Source: Synechococcus sp. A15-24
GTDB taxonomy: Bacteria > Cyanobacteriota > Cyanobacteriia > PCC-6307 > Cyanobiaceae
NCBI RefSeq assembly: GCF_014280195.1
Contig: NZ_CP047960.1
Coordinates: 1,890,001-1,922,000 of the forward strand
Length of the DNA stretch: 32,000 bases
Reading direction: 5' to 3'
The position numbers and the translations under genes were made by a program. Positions 1 to 9,000 of this stretch are shown here, piece after piece. The notes beneath the pieces were generated by a model that was not told where the DNA came from, did no database searches, and was given only the letters and a program-made list of their open reading frames with translations. The number at the start of each line of letters is the position of its first letter. Positions within the stretch are counted from its first letter, which is position 1.

Positions 1-1
1 A

Positions 2-1066
2 GCAGCAGTCGCCGGCCTGGCAAGCATCGATCGCAAAGCGGATGAGCCAGCCCTGCTGGAGCTGAGCGAGCAATGGCAATGGCCCTTCCGCACCTACGAC
101 GCAACGGCGCTTGGAACGGTCGAGGTGCCAACCCCATCGGACGTGGTGCTCGCCGAGATGGGCACCGCCTCGGTGGCGGAGGCAGCCGCTCTGCTGGTAG
201 CCGGAGAGGGGGCTGTCCTGCGCCAAAACAAAGTGATTCGCCATGCCGCCACCGGGGAACAGGGCGCGGTGACCGTGGCGGTTGCCGAAGCCAAGCTCCC
301 CTTCGCCCCATCGCGGGGGGAACTGCATCTGATCGGCAGTGGCCCTGGGGATTTATCGCTGCTCAGTGGTGACGCCCGCCAAGCCCTCGCCCGTTGCACG
401 GCGTGGGTGGGCTACGGGCTTTATCTCGACCTGCTGGAGCCGTTGCGACAGGTGCATCAGGTGCGTCTGGACGGCCAGCTCACCCGTGAATGGGAACGCT
501 GCGCTCAGGCTCTCAGCTTGGCTCAACAGGGAGCGCGGGTCGCCCTGATCTCCTCAGGAGACAGTGGGATCTACGGCATGGCCGGGCTGGCCCTGGAGTT
601 GTGGCTGCAGCAGCCGGAACAGGATCGGCCGAGCTTTCAGGTGCATCCGGGCATCTCAGCCCTGCAGCTGGCGGCAGCCCGTGTGGGAGCACCCTTGATG
701 CACGACTTCTGCACGGTGAGCCTCAGTGATCGACTGACCCCCTGGCCCGTCATTGAGCAACGGCTGCGGGCCGCGGGGTCAGGGGATTTCGTCGTGGCGT
801 TGTACAACCCACGGTCCAAGGGCCGCGACTGGCAACTGGCCAAGGCGCGGGACCTATTGCTGGAACACCGCAGGGGCGAAACGCCAGTGCTATTAGCCCG
901 GCAGCTGGGACGCAGCGATGAATCGCAGCAACTCACCGATCTCAGCAGCCTGGAGCCTGATCAGGTGGACATGCTCACCGTGGTGTTGATCGGCAACAGC
1001 AGCAGCTACGCCCGCGATGGTCGGATAGTGACACCCAGGGGATATCCCGGTGCCACCCTTCCGTGA
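2..1066 (+). CDS. cobJ: Bifunctional CbiG-like / precorrin-3B C17-methyltransferase (CobJ/CbiH-type), 5'-truncated by the window edge
   Basis: Frame 2 is open from the first bases of the window (AAVAGLASIDRKADEPALLEL...PTPSDVVLAEMGTASVAEAAALL), which looks like a CbiG C-terminal domain. It is followed by a tetrapyrrole methylase domain (LHLIGSGPGDLSLLSGDARQAL...ISSGDSGIYGMAGL...ALYNPRSKGR). Stop TGA at 1064-1066. Confidence 0.8.
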   Translation, partial: AAVAGLASIDRKADEPALLELSEQWQWPFRTYDATALGTVEVPTPSDVVLAEMGTASVAEAAALLVAGEGAVLRQNKVIRHAATGEQGAVTVAVAEAKLPFAPSRGELHLIGSGPGDLSLLSGDARQALARCTAWVGYGLYLDLLEPLRQVHQVRLDGQLTREWERCAQALSLAQQGARVALISSGDSGIYGMAGLALELWLQQPEQDRPSFQVHPGISALQLAAARVGAPLMHDFCTVSLSDRLTPWPVIEQRLRAAGSGDFVVALYNPRSKGRDWQLAKARDLLLEHRRGETPVLLARQLGRSDESQQLTDLSSLEPDQVDMLTVVLIGNSSSYARDGRIVTPRGYPGATLP

Positions 1067-1084
1067 CCAATGGAAGACCCTCCC

Positions 1085-1235
1085 CTAGGGTTTGGGTCTG
1101 GTTTCAGCGGGGATCAGCCGCTGATGGAAACGGGGAAAGAACGGTGCAAATCCGTCGCTGTCCCGCAGCTGTAAAGCGTCCGGCCCCGCCGGCATCAGTT
1201 AGAATTCCCGCCAGGAGCACTACCGACGAGGATCG
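1085..1235 (+). promoter_or_regulatory. Cobalamin (B12) riboswitch in the hupE leader
   Basis: Conserved core at 1132-1174: GGGGAAAGAACGGTGCAAATCCGTCGCTGTCCCGCAGCTGTAA (GGGAA / GGTGnAAATCC / GCTGTCCCGCAnCTGTAA). A B12-box-like element, GTTAGAATTCCCGCC, lies at 1198-1212. A GAGGA Shine-Dalgarno-like sequence sits just before the TTG start at 1239. Outer boundaries are approximate. Confidence 0.8.
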
Positions 1236-1238
1236 ACT

Positions 1239-1868
1239 TTGACCAATCTTCTGGCTTCTCCCCGGCCTCTGCGCCAGGCCGCCGTTGCCGCATTGGCCTT
1301 GCTATTGATCGCCAGCCCAGCCTTTGCCCACCATCCCTTCGGTATGGGCGACAGCGGTGCGCTGACCGTCTGGCAGGGACTGCTGAGTGGCCTGGGTCAC
1401 CCGCTGCTGGGGCCTGACCATCTGCTGTTCCTGCTTGCCCTTGGCTTTGTTGGCCTGCAACGCCCGCTGCGCTGGGTGCTGCCGCTGTTGGCGATCGGTC
1501 TTGGCGGCAGCCTGCTGTCGCAATTCATTCCCCTGCCCGACGCAGTGGCGCCCTGGGCCGAAGCCCTGGTGTCCCTCAGCCTTGCGGTCGAAGGCCTGAT
1601 CGCCCTGAGCATGGCCCCCGCCGCCTGGCTGCTGCCCCTGTTCGGCCTGCATGGTTTCCTCCTTGGCAGCACGATCGTCGGGGCGGAACCCAGCCCTCTG
1701 CTGAGCTACTTCCTGGGCCTGCTTCTGGCCCAGGGCAGCCTGTTGCTGCTCGTCACCGCCTGGTCCCAGGGCCTGGTGGAACGTCTGGCAGACCAAGGCC
1801 GGCGGCTCGGAGCTGGCATCTGGATCGGTATCGGCATGGCTTTTGCCTGGGTCGCGCTGATCGACTGA
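1239..1868 (+). CDS. hupE: HupE/UreJ-family metal (probably cobalt) transporter
   Basis: Signal peptide followed by AHHPFGMGD, then GLGHPLLGPDHLLFLL and multiple TM segments, typical of HupE/UreJ. TTG start. A B12 riboswitch lies directly upstream, as described for cyanobacterial hupE in comparative-genomics work. Confidence 0.8.
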   Translation: MTNLLASPRPLRQAAVAALALLLIASPAFAHHPFGMGDSGALTVWQGLLSGLGHPLLGPDHLLFLLALGFVGLQRPLRWVLPLLAIGLGGSLLSQFIPLPDAVAPWAEALVSLSLAVEGLIALSMAPAAWLLPLFGLHGFLLGSTIVGAEPSPLLSYFLGLLLAQGSLLLLVTAWSQGLVERLADQGRRLGAGIWIGIGMAFAWVALID

Positions 1869-1876
1869 CCACATCC

Positions 1877-3403
1877 TTGGCATCTTCCCATGTTCGTCAG
1901 CTCGTCGCACCTGCTGCTGTAGTGCTGTCCCTGGCGTGTGCGCCCTTGGCCAGGGCGCAGGTGAGCAACGTCAGTCCATTCACGGCTGTGCAATTCACGG
2001 ATGTGATGCCGACGGACTGGGCTTACCAGGCGCTGCAGAACCTGGTGGAGAAGCACGGCTGCGTCGCCGGATACCCCAGTGGTCGTTTCCAAGGTCAGCA
2101 GTCCATCAGCCGGTACGAGGCGGCGGCACTGCTGAATGCCTGCCTGGATCGAATCACCGCGATGACGGATGAGGTGAAAGAGCTAATCCATGTCTTCCGA
2201 CGTGAACTGGCGATCATCCAGGGCCGTGTTGATGGGTTTGAGGCCCGCCTGGGAGAGCTGGAGGCCACCCAGTTCTCCACCACCACCAAACTCAGTGGCA
2301 TCGCCACTTTCGTGGTCGGGGCGAACCACTTTTCAGGCTCTGATGATGAATTGGTCGATCAGAACAACCAGGGCTTCGGCGCCACCACCTTCAACAACGA
2401 CCTTCAGCTGATCCTCGAGACCAGTTTCAGCGGCAAGGATCTGCTTACGGCCACCCTGCGGGCCGGCAACTTCGGCGGTGAAACACCCTTTGGTGGCGGG
2501 GGGCCGAGCAGCCTGGCCACGCTTGGCAATGCCTCCCAGGGAGATGGCGGGCCCAACCACGTGTTCATCGACAAGCTCTTCTACAGCTTTCCCATTGGCG
2601 ACAGCATCACCGTCACGGGGGGTCCGAATGTTGGCCAAGACGACATGCTGCCGTTCTGGCCAACCTTCTACAACAGCCCGCCAATTCTGGATGCCCTCAC
2701 TCTGAATGGTGCACTGGCGGCCTACAACAACAACCAGGGGGCCGGCGTCGGTATGACCTGGGCACCGGATGGCGGTTTCCGCTTCACAGCGAACTATGTG
2801 GCTGCCAATGGCGCGCTGAGCGACAGCAGCAGCGGCGGCCTGGCAACGGACCATGCCGGAGGAACGGGCACCGTGCAGTTGGGCTGGGAAGCCGACGGCT
2901 GGGCCATTGCCGGGATCTACTCCATGATCCAGAACGGCAATGATCTGATCGCCTATGCCACCCCTTTCACCCAGGCCCAGCTGGGGCAAGCGGGCGACAC
3001 CCATGCATTCGGTTTAAGCGCGGCATGGCATCCAGCCGATGCGGGCTGGATGCCCTCCATCTCGGTTGGATGGGGTATCAACAACAGCGACAGCCAGCAA
3101 AAAGGTCAGGTCACCACCAGCCAGTCCTGGAGTGTGGGACTGATGTGGGATGACCTCTTTGCTGAAGGCAATAGCGCCGGCATGGCCGTGGGACAGCCAG
3201 TGTTCGCCACCGCGCTGCAAGGCGGAGACACTCCAAACGATGGCAATTACATTTGGGAATGGTGGTACCAGTTCCAGCTCAGCGATGCCATCAGCGTGAC
3301 CCCGGCGTTGATCTATTTCTCACGCCCGATGGGGCAAAACACACCTTCGGGTGAGACATTCAGCCAGCTGGGTGGTCTCGTGATGACCACCTTCAGCTTC
3401 TGA
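1877..3403 (+). CDS. Outer-membrane porin with N-terminal SLH domain and OprB-like beta-barrel (Som-type cyanobacterial porin)
   Basis: Signal peptide MASSHVRQLVAPAAVVLSLACAPLARA/QV. SLH motif FTDVMPTDWAYQALQNLVEKHGCVAGYPSGRFQGQQSISRYEAAALLNACLDRI. Coiled-coil linker, then a G/N/S/aromatic-rich barrel ending in ...TTFSF. TTG start only 8 nt after the hupE stop. Confidence 0.85.
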   Translation: MASSHVRQLVAPAAVVLSLACAPLARAQVSNVSPFTAVQFTDVMPTDWAYQALQNLVEKHGCVAGYPSGRFQGQQSISRYEAAALLNACLDRITAMTDEVKELIHVFRRELAIIQGRVDGFEARLGELEATQFSTTTKLSGIATFVVGANHFSGSDDELVDQNNQGFGATTFNNDLQLILETSFSGKDLLTATLRAGNFGGETPFGGGGPSSLATLGNASQGDGGPNHVFIDKLFYSFPIGDSITVTGGPNVGQDDMLPFWPTFYNSPPILDALTLNGALAAYNNNQGAGVGMTWAPDGGFRFTANYVAANGALSDSSSGGLATDHAGGTGTVQLGWEADGWAIAGIYSMIQNGNDLIAYATPFTQAQLGQAGDTHAFGLSAAWHPADAGWMPSISVGWGINNSDSQQKGQVTTSQSWSVGLMWDDLFAEGNSAGMAVGQPVFATALQGGDTPNDGNYIWEWWYQFQLSDAISVTPALIYFSRPMGQNTPSGETFSQLGGLVMTTFSF

Positions 3404-3409
3404 GGACGA

Positions 3410-3717
3410 TCAACTCTGCGTCGAAGCGATCTCCGTTTCTGCAGAAACGAATTCTTGATCCGACAGTGCAGGAATCACTTCCACGGTGATTCCAAAGGCT
3501 TTGGTCCAGGGTCCGGTGAATTTGTAAACGTGCCACATGCTGTGGGCTTCCACAATCTGGAACCGCCGCCTTCCTGAGGGAAGAACACGCGCTCAAGGAC
3601 CTTGAAGCCCTCGAACTCATCCATGGGGGTTCCGTTGTTGATGTAATCGACAACGGCCTTGGTGTACTCAGGATCCATGCCAGCGTTGGGTGTGGACCAG
3701 TTGATGACAAAGCGCAT
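3410..3717 (-). pseudogene. Small conserved picocyanobacterial protein (possibly DUF3303-like) with an apparent 1-nt frameshift
   Basis: The ORF 3717->3475 starts well (MRFVINWSTPNAGMDPEYTKAVVDYINNGTPMDEFEGFKVLERVFFPQEGGG). It then degenerates into a P-rich tail (SRLWKPTACGTFTNSPDPGPKPLESPWK). Shifting one base near 3553-3570 gives a clean stop-free continuation to a TGA at 3410-3412: QIVEAHSMWHVYKFTGPWTKAFGITVEVIPALSDQEFVSAETEIASTQS. Confidence 0.55.
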
Positions 3718-3806
3718 GGCTCAGAAGTCTCAGGCCCTGTCACCCTGACCCAAGAGAGGAAAATCAAGCGTGATCACAGACACATCCATGACACCCCTGC
3801 GATCCC

Positions 3807-4415
3807 ATGCGGGATGAATTGCTTGATCTGCTGGGCAAGTCTGTAGTGCTGGAGGGTCGGCTGAACCGCTGCGAGCCCAATGCCATCGGCAGCCTCAACA
3901 TTTGCCTCAAAGCAGTGAATGTTTATCCATGGCGAACTGATGTTGCCATCAGTTCCTTATCGCCGTTACGCGTCGACCATGGCTGGCTGCAGAACAGCCG
4001 CCTGGATCATTCAGTGGGAGGCATCGTGGAGATGTACTGGATGACCGCCGAGATCACCAACTATCAACGCAAAAACGGCAGTCGAGACATCGGCTTTCGC
4101 CATCGGCCATCACTATGCCTTGATCATCTGCTCGACAGAATTCTCAACATCGACGAACATGATCAACAAGTACAAGGCATTCAAACAGCGCTGAGGAGAA
4201 TCCAAACCCGTGAGGGTATATTCGGCTTTCATGCCAGTCCAATGCGCTTTCAAAAGATTCTCCAACTCGCCCTCGAACAAGCCAAACTCGGTGAGCAGGC
4301 TCACCTGCAGGATTTTCTCACCGCAGAGACCATCAAAATCAAGCGATTTGCCAAGGCACGCAACTCAAAACGAAGCGAGAAATCAAGCGTATTAGGATTT
4401 AACTCAAATACATAA
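3807..4415 (+). CDS. Hypothetical protein (orphan, no family recognised)
   Basis: A 202-aa ORF with an ATG start and no competing long ORF apart from a 63-aa antisense one. GC falls along the gene: my hand count is 26/60 GC for 4141-4200, against 42/60 for 6061-6120. The C-terminus is lysine/serine-rich. No motif I can name. Confidence 0.5.
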   Translation: MRDELLDLLGKSVVLEGRLNRCEPNAIGSLNICLKAVNVYPWRTDVAISSLSPLRVDHGWLQNSRLDHSVGGIVEMYWMTAEITNYQRKNGSRDIGFRHRPSLCLDHLLDRILNIDEHDQQVQGIQTALRRIQTREGIFGFHASPMRFQKILQLALEQAKLGEQAHLQDFLTAETIKIKRFAKARNSKRSEKSSVLGFNSNT

Positions 4416-4461
4416 ATCCAAGCTCTCTTTAGAATCAGAGTCACTCACACGGAGAAGTCAA

Positions 4462-4539
4462 TTGCTAACGAAAGCCACCGTCATCACCGTTTTGGTTTTT
4501 GCTGTCGGTGCCGGCATCTGGCTCAACAACACAGCATAA
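4462..4539 (+). CDS. Candidate 25-aa single-TM mini-protein
   Basis: TTG start preceded by GGAGAAG 7 nt upstream. Translation is (M)LTKATVITVLVFAVGAGIWLNNTA, ending at TAA 4537-4539. Too short for statistical support. Confidence 0.25.
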   Translation: MLTKATVITVLVFAVGAGIWLNNTA

Positions 4540-4665
4540 AGAAACCGCAAATTATTCTGGCAACTTCAAGCAGCCTTGATCGGTGGAGGCGTGGGGTTTG
4601 TCACTGGTCGGCTAAGCCGGTAACAACTTAACCTCAACCAATCAAGGCCTCATTGGATCAGCCAA

Positions 4666-4739
4666 TCGGGATGACAGGATTCGAACCTGCGGCCCCTTCG
4701 TCCCGAACGAAGTGCGCTACCAAGCTGCGCCACATCCCG
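4666..4739 (-). tRNA. tRNA-Pro (anticodon CGG)
   Basis: The reverse complement reads CGGGATGTGGCGCAGCTTGGTAGCGCACTTCGTTCGGGACGAAGGGGCCGCAGGTTCGAATCCTGTCATCCCGA. Acceptor stem is CGGGATG/CATCCCG. Anticodon stem CTTCG/CGAAG has loop TTCGGGA, giving anticodon CGG. T-arm is GCAGGTTCGAATCCTGT. CCA is not encoded. Confidence 0.93.
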
Positions 4740-4840
4740 TTTGTTCCATCGTAGAAGACAAGCGGTCGCCGTTCGTCGCAGGACGCGATCACTTGTTGCA
4801 CGCCCCATTGTTTAGGGTTGTGGATTGACACTCGTCAGCC

Positions 4841-5710
4841 GTGCTCAAGCCCGAGTGGTTGCGCGTCAAGGCCCCGCAGCGGGAGCGCATCGGTGCTGTT
4901 GCCGATCTGTTGCTGGACCTGAACCTCAACACGGTCTGCCAGGAGGCCAGCTGTCCCAACATCGGGGAATGCTTCGCTGGCGGCACGGCCACCTTTCTGA
5001 TCATGGGCCCAGGCTGCACCCGCGCCTGCCCTTACTGCGACATCGACTTCGACAAGAGCGTCCGTGAGCTCGACCCCACCGAACCGGAACGGCTCGGGGA
5101 AGCGGTGGCGCGTCTGGGTCTGAAGCATGTGGTGATCACCTCGGTGAACCGGGACGACCTGCCGGATGGGGGAGCCTCCCAGTTCGTGGCCTGCATCGAG
5201 CAGGTGAAGCAACGCTCACCGCTCACCACGATCGAGCTGCTGATTCCCGACTTCTGCGGCAACTGGAACGCCCTGGCCACAGTGATGGCGGCAGCACCCC
5301 ATGTGCTTAACCACAACATCGAAACAGTGCCGCGGATGTACCGCCTGGCACGCCCTCAGGGCATTTACGAGCGGTCCCTGGAGCTTCTGCAGCGGGTTCG
5401 GGACGACTGGCCGCGGGCTTACAGCAAGTCCGGCCTGATGGTGGGCCTCGGTGAAACCGACGACGAGGTGATCGACGTGTTGCGCGACCTGCGCACTCAC
5501 CGGGTGGACATCGTCACCATCGGTCAATATCTCTCTCCAGGCCCCAAGCATCTGGCCGTGGATCGTTTTGTGACCCCTGAGCAATTCGACACCTACCGCC
5601 GTATCGGCGAGGAGGAGCTGGGCTTTCTGCAGGTGGTGAGCACCCCCCTCACACGCAGCAGCTATCACGCCGGCGAGGTGCAGCGCCTCATGGCCAGCCA
5701 TCCCCGCTGA
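4841..5710 (+). CDS. lipA: Lipoyl synthase
   Basis: [11 protein letters not shown]-terminus. Auxiliary cluster motif [12 protein letters not shown]. Radical SAM motif [11 protein letters not shown]-terminal RSSYHAG. GTG start. Confidence 0.93.
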   Translation: MLKPEWLRVKAPQRERIGAVADLLLDLNLNTVCQEASCPNIGECFAGGTATFLIMGPGCTRACPYCDIDFDKSVRELDPTEPERLGEAVARLGLKHVVITSVNRDDLPDGGASQFVACIEQVKQRSPLTTIELLIPDFCGNWNALATVMAAAPHVLNHNIETVPRMYRLARPQGIYERSLELLQRVRDDWPRAYSKSGLMVGLGETDDEVIDVLRDLRTHRVDIVTIGQYLSPGPKHLAVDRFVTPEQFDTYRRIGEEELGFLQVVSTPLTRSSYHAGEVQRLMASHPR

Positions 5711-5996
5711 CGGGGATCCACTCCTGCAGGCTCCAGTCCACCAAGCCGGCCTGAATCATCGGGTCGTGCGACACCCAGGCCAGCGCCTCCCCGTAAGACT
5801 CAGCCTCAAAGATCAACAAGCCGCCGCCACCGGGGCGCCGCCGCTCATCCACGAGGAAACCGCTGCGGATCTGACGGACCACCTGGGTTTCCTTTGCCAC
5901 CCAAGCCCGGTGGGCCTCCAGATGGAGCCGACGCTGCTCGAGCGGCAGAGCGGCCGTTTCCGCCGTGAAGGTTTCGTGTTTGACAAACCAGGGCAT
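5688..5996 (-). CDS. YciI-family protein
   Basis: A 102-aa ORF: [10 protein letters not shown]...HLEAHRAWV...SGFLVDE...[34 protein letters not shown]. Size and pattern are typical of YciI-like domains. Its 3' end overlaps the lipA 3' end by 23 nt. Confidence 0.65.
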   Translation of the reverse strand: MPWFVKHETFTAETAALPLEQRRLHLEAHRAWVAKETQVVRQIRSGFLVDERRRPGGGGLLIFEAESYGEALAWVSHDPMIQAGLVDWSLQEWIPVSGDGWP

Positions 5997-6010
5997 GGAA
6001 AGCGGCCTGT

Positions 6011-9000
6011 TCAGGCCGCCACCGCCTGCTGATCCACCAGACCCATGGCTGCCCGCTCACTCGGCGGAATCAGCACCTTGAAGCGTCCCTTGGCCGCGGC
6101 CCAGGCGGCCAACAGCGCTGAGGCCTTGCTGCTGCCGGTGGCGGCCACGTGGGCTTCCAACAGCTCTTTGAGCGTTTCCTCCTGCTGTGAAGTGGTGAGG
6201 CTGCAGACCGCAACGATCTCAGGATTGACCCTGGCGGTGACGCGATCGCCCTCATCCAGCAGGAAGGTGACGCCACCGGTCATGCCGGCACCCACGTTGC
6301 GGCCGGTGCTGCCCAGCACCACCACCACACCGCCGGTCATGTACTCACAGCAGTGGTCGCCAGCTCCCTCCACCACGGTGCGAGCGCCGCTGTTGCGCAC
6401 ACCGAAGCGCTCACCAGCACGGCCACGAGCAAACAGCTCACCGCCCGTGGCGCCGTAGAGGCAGGTGTTACCGAGGATCACCTGATCACCGGGATTGGCG
6501 CAGCCGTCGGCTGGCACCAGGCTGATGCATCCACTGTTCATGCCCTTGCCGACGTAGTCGTTGGCTTCCCCTTCCAGGCGCACGTTCATGCCCTGTACCA
6601 GGAAGGCACCGAAGCTCTGGCCGGCGGCGCCCTGGAAGGTGATGTTGAGCTGGCCCTTGAAGCCGCGGTTGCCATGGCGTTGGGCGATCTCACCGGCCAG
6701 ACGGGCCCCGACACTGCGGTCGGTGTTGATGATCGCGATCGTGCGGTTCAAGGAACCGTGGCTCTCCACCGCCGCCATCAGCTCGGCATCGGCGAGGAGC
6801 TGATCCTCAAGAATCGGGCCATTGCCATGGGCCTCAGCGCTGTGGCGAAGCCAGGAGCGCTCTTCCGAACCCTGGATCGGTGCCAACAGACTGGAGAGAT
6901 CCACACCCTGGGTTTTGGCCAGATCCACGGCACGGGGTTGAAGCAGATCGCTGCGACCGATCAGATCTTCGAGTTTGGCCACGCCGAGCAGGCTCAGTAG
7001 CTGACGCACTTCTTCCGCCACATACCAGAAGAAATTCACCACGTGCTCAGGCACCCCGGTGAAGCGCTTGCGTAGGGCCTCCTTCTGGGTGGCCACGCCC
7101 ACCGGGCAATTATTGGTGTGGCAGACCCGGGCCATGATGCAGCCCTCAGCGATCATCGCCACTGAGCCGAAGCCATACTCCTCAGCGCCCAGCAGGGCTG
7201 CGATCACCACATCCCAGCCGGTCTTGAGGCCGCCATCGGCCCGCAGCAGCACCCGATCCCGCAGGCCATTTTCGAGAAGGCTGCGGTGCACCTCGGTGAG
7301 ACCCAGCTCCCAGGGGCTGCCGGCATGCTTGATCGAACTCAGCGGCGAGGCTCCGGTGCCCCCGTCATGTCCGGAGATCTGAATCACATCGGCGTTGGCC
7401 TTGGCCACGCCGGCGGCAATCGTGCCGATGCCGATCTCTGCCACCAGCTTCACGCTCACCGGCGCCTTGGGGTGCACCTGGTGCAGATCGTGAATCAGCT
7501 GAGCCAGATCCTCGATGGAATAGATGTCGTGATGCGGCGGCGGTGAGATCAGGGCCACACCGGGTTTGCTGTTGCGCAGCCAGGCGATGTAGTCATCCAC
7601 CTTGGGGCCGGGCAGCTGACCGCCCTCACCGGGCTTGGCCCCCTGGGCCACCTTGATCTCCAGTTGCTTGCCACTGCGCAGGTATTCGGCTGTCACGCCA
7701 AACCGCCCGGAAGCGATCTGCTTGATCGCCGAACAGGCGGTGTCGCCGTTCTTAAGGCCGCCGATGCTGGGGAAGGCCTGCGAGCGGCCCTCGGCATCCA
7801 CATCGTGAAGAACCTGGAAACGGGCCGGGTCCTCACCACCCTCGCCGCTGTTGCTCTTGCCGCCGATGCGGTTCATCGCCACCGCCAGCACCTCATGGGC
7901 TTCCCGCGACAACGCCCCGAGGCTCATGCCCCCCGTGCAGAAACGCTTGCAGAGGCATTCTGCGCTCTCCACCTGATCTAGAGGGAGCGGCGTTGGGGCC
8001 AGCTTGAACTCCAGCAGATCCCGAAGCGCCGTGACCGGACGGTTCTCCAGCAGCGTTTTGTAGGTTGAGAAATGGTCGTAGCCAGGCCCGGTTTTCACCG
8101 CCGCATGCAGGGTCTTGGCCATGTCCGGGCTGTTGAGGTGGTACTCGCCACCGGTGCGGTACTGCACGAAGCCCATGAACTCGAGCTTGCTGCGATTCAG
8201 CTCCGGGAAGGCCTTGGCATGGAGTGACAGGGTTTCGTTGGCCAGCTCTGCCAGGGTCATGCCCGCCACACGGCTGGTGGTGCCGCTGAACGCGGTGTCG
8301 ATCACATCGGCACCGAGGCCGATCGCTTCAAAAATCTGAGCGCCGTGATAGCTGGCCAGGAGCGAAATGCCGATCTTGGAAAGGATCTTGCGAAGGCCGT
8401 TTTCCAGGGAAACGCGCACGTTGGCCTGCACCTTGTCGGCATCGAGGGCGGGCAGCTTGCCCTGCTCGATCCGCTTCTGGGTTTTGGGGTGGGCGAGCCA
8501 ATGGCGGGTGGTCTCCCAGGTGAGCCACGGGCAGACTGCACTGGCGCCGTAACCGATCAGGCAGGCCATGTGATGGGTGCTCCAGCACTGGGCGGTGTCG
8601 ATCACCAAGGAGCCGCGCAGACGCAGCTTCTGCCGCAGCAGGTGGTGATGCACTGCCCCCACGGCCAGGAGGGCCGGCATCGCCACGCTGGTGGCGGTGA
8701 GCTGGGCAGCGGCACCGGAACCATCAACACGATCGGAGAGCACCAACACCTGGGCACCGCCGCGCACAGCCTCCTCGGCCGCCTCACACAGCCCTTGCAG
8801 GGCCGATGACAAACCACCGGCGCAAGCTTCAACGGCCACCTGGGTGGAGAGGGTGGCAACGGGAAGTTCCTGCTTGCTGATCGCCGCAAGCTCGGCTTCG
8901 TTGAGAACCGGCGTGTCCAGGTGGATCACGGCGGCCGCCTCGGCCTGGGGCTTCAGCGCCGGCCGGCGTTCACCCAGATGCATTTCCAGGCTCATCACCA

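Noticed and set aside
3434-3449. Perfect 16-nt palindrome CGTTTCTGCAGAAACG between the convergent porin and small-gene ends
   Set aside because: It has no loop and no U-tract, and it falls inside the repaired coding tail (VSAETE). I do not call it a terminator.
4437-4460. ACTCACAC motif reminiscent of the Yfr1 sRNA signature (ACUCCUCACAC)
   Set aside because: The motif is incomplete, it lacks the two flanking stem-loops, and the genomic context is wrong.
3404-4665. Search for a direct repeat of the tRNA-Pro 3' end (att-like site) or an integrase bounding the low-GC islet
   Set aside because: By eye I found no convincing copy of GGATTCGAACCTG or the acceptor arm, and no integrase-like ORF. 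I therefore do not call this a mobile element.
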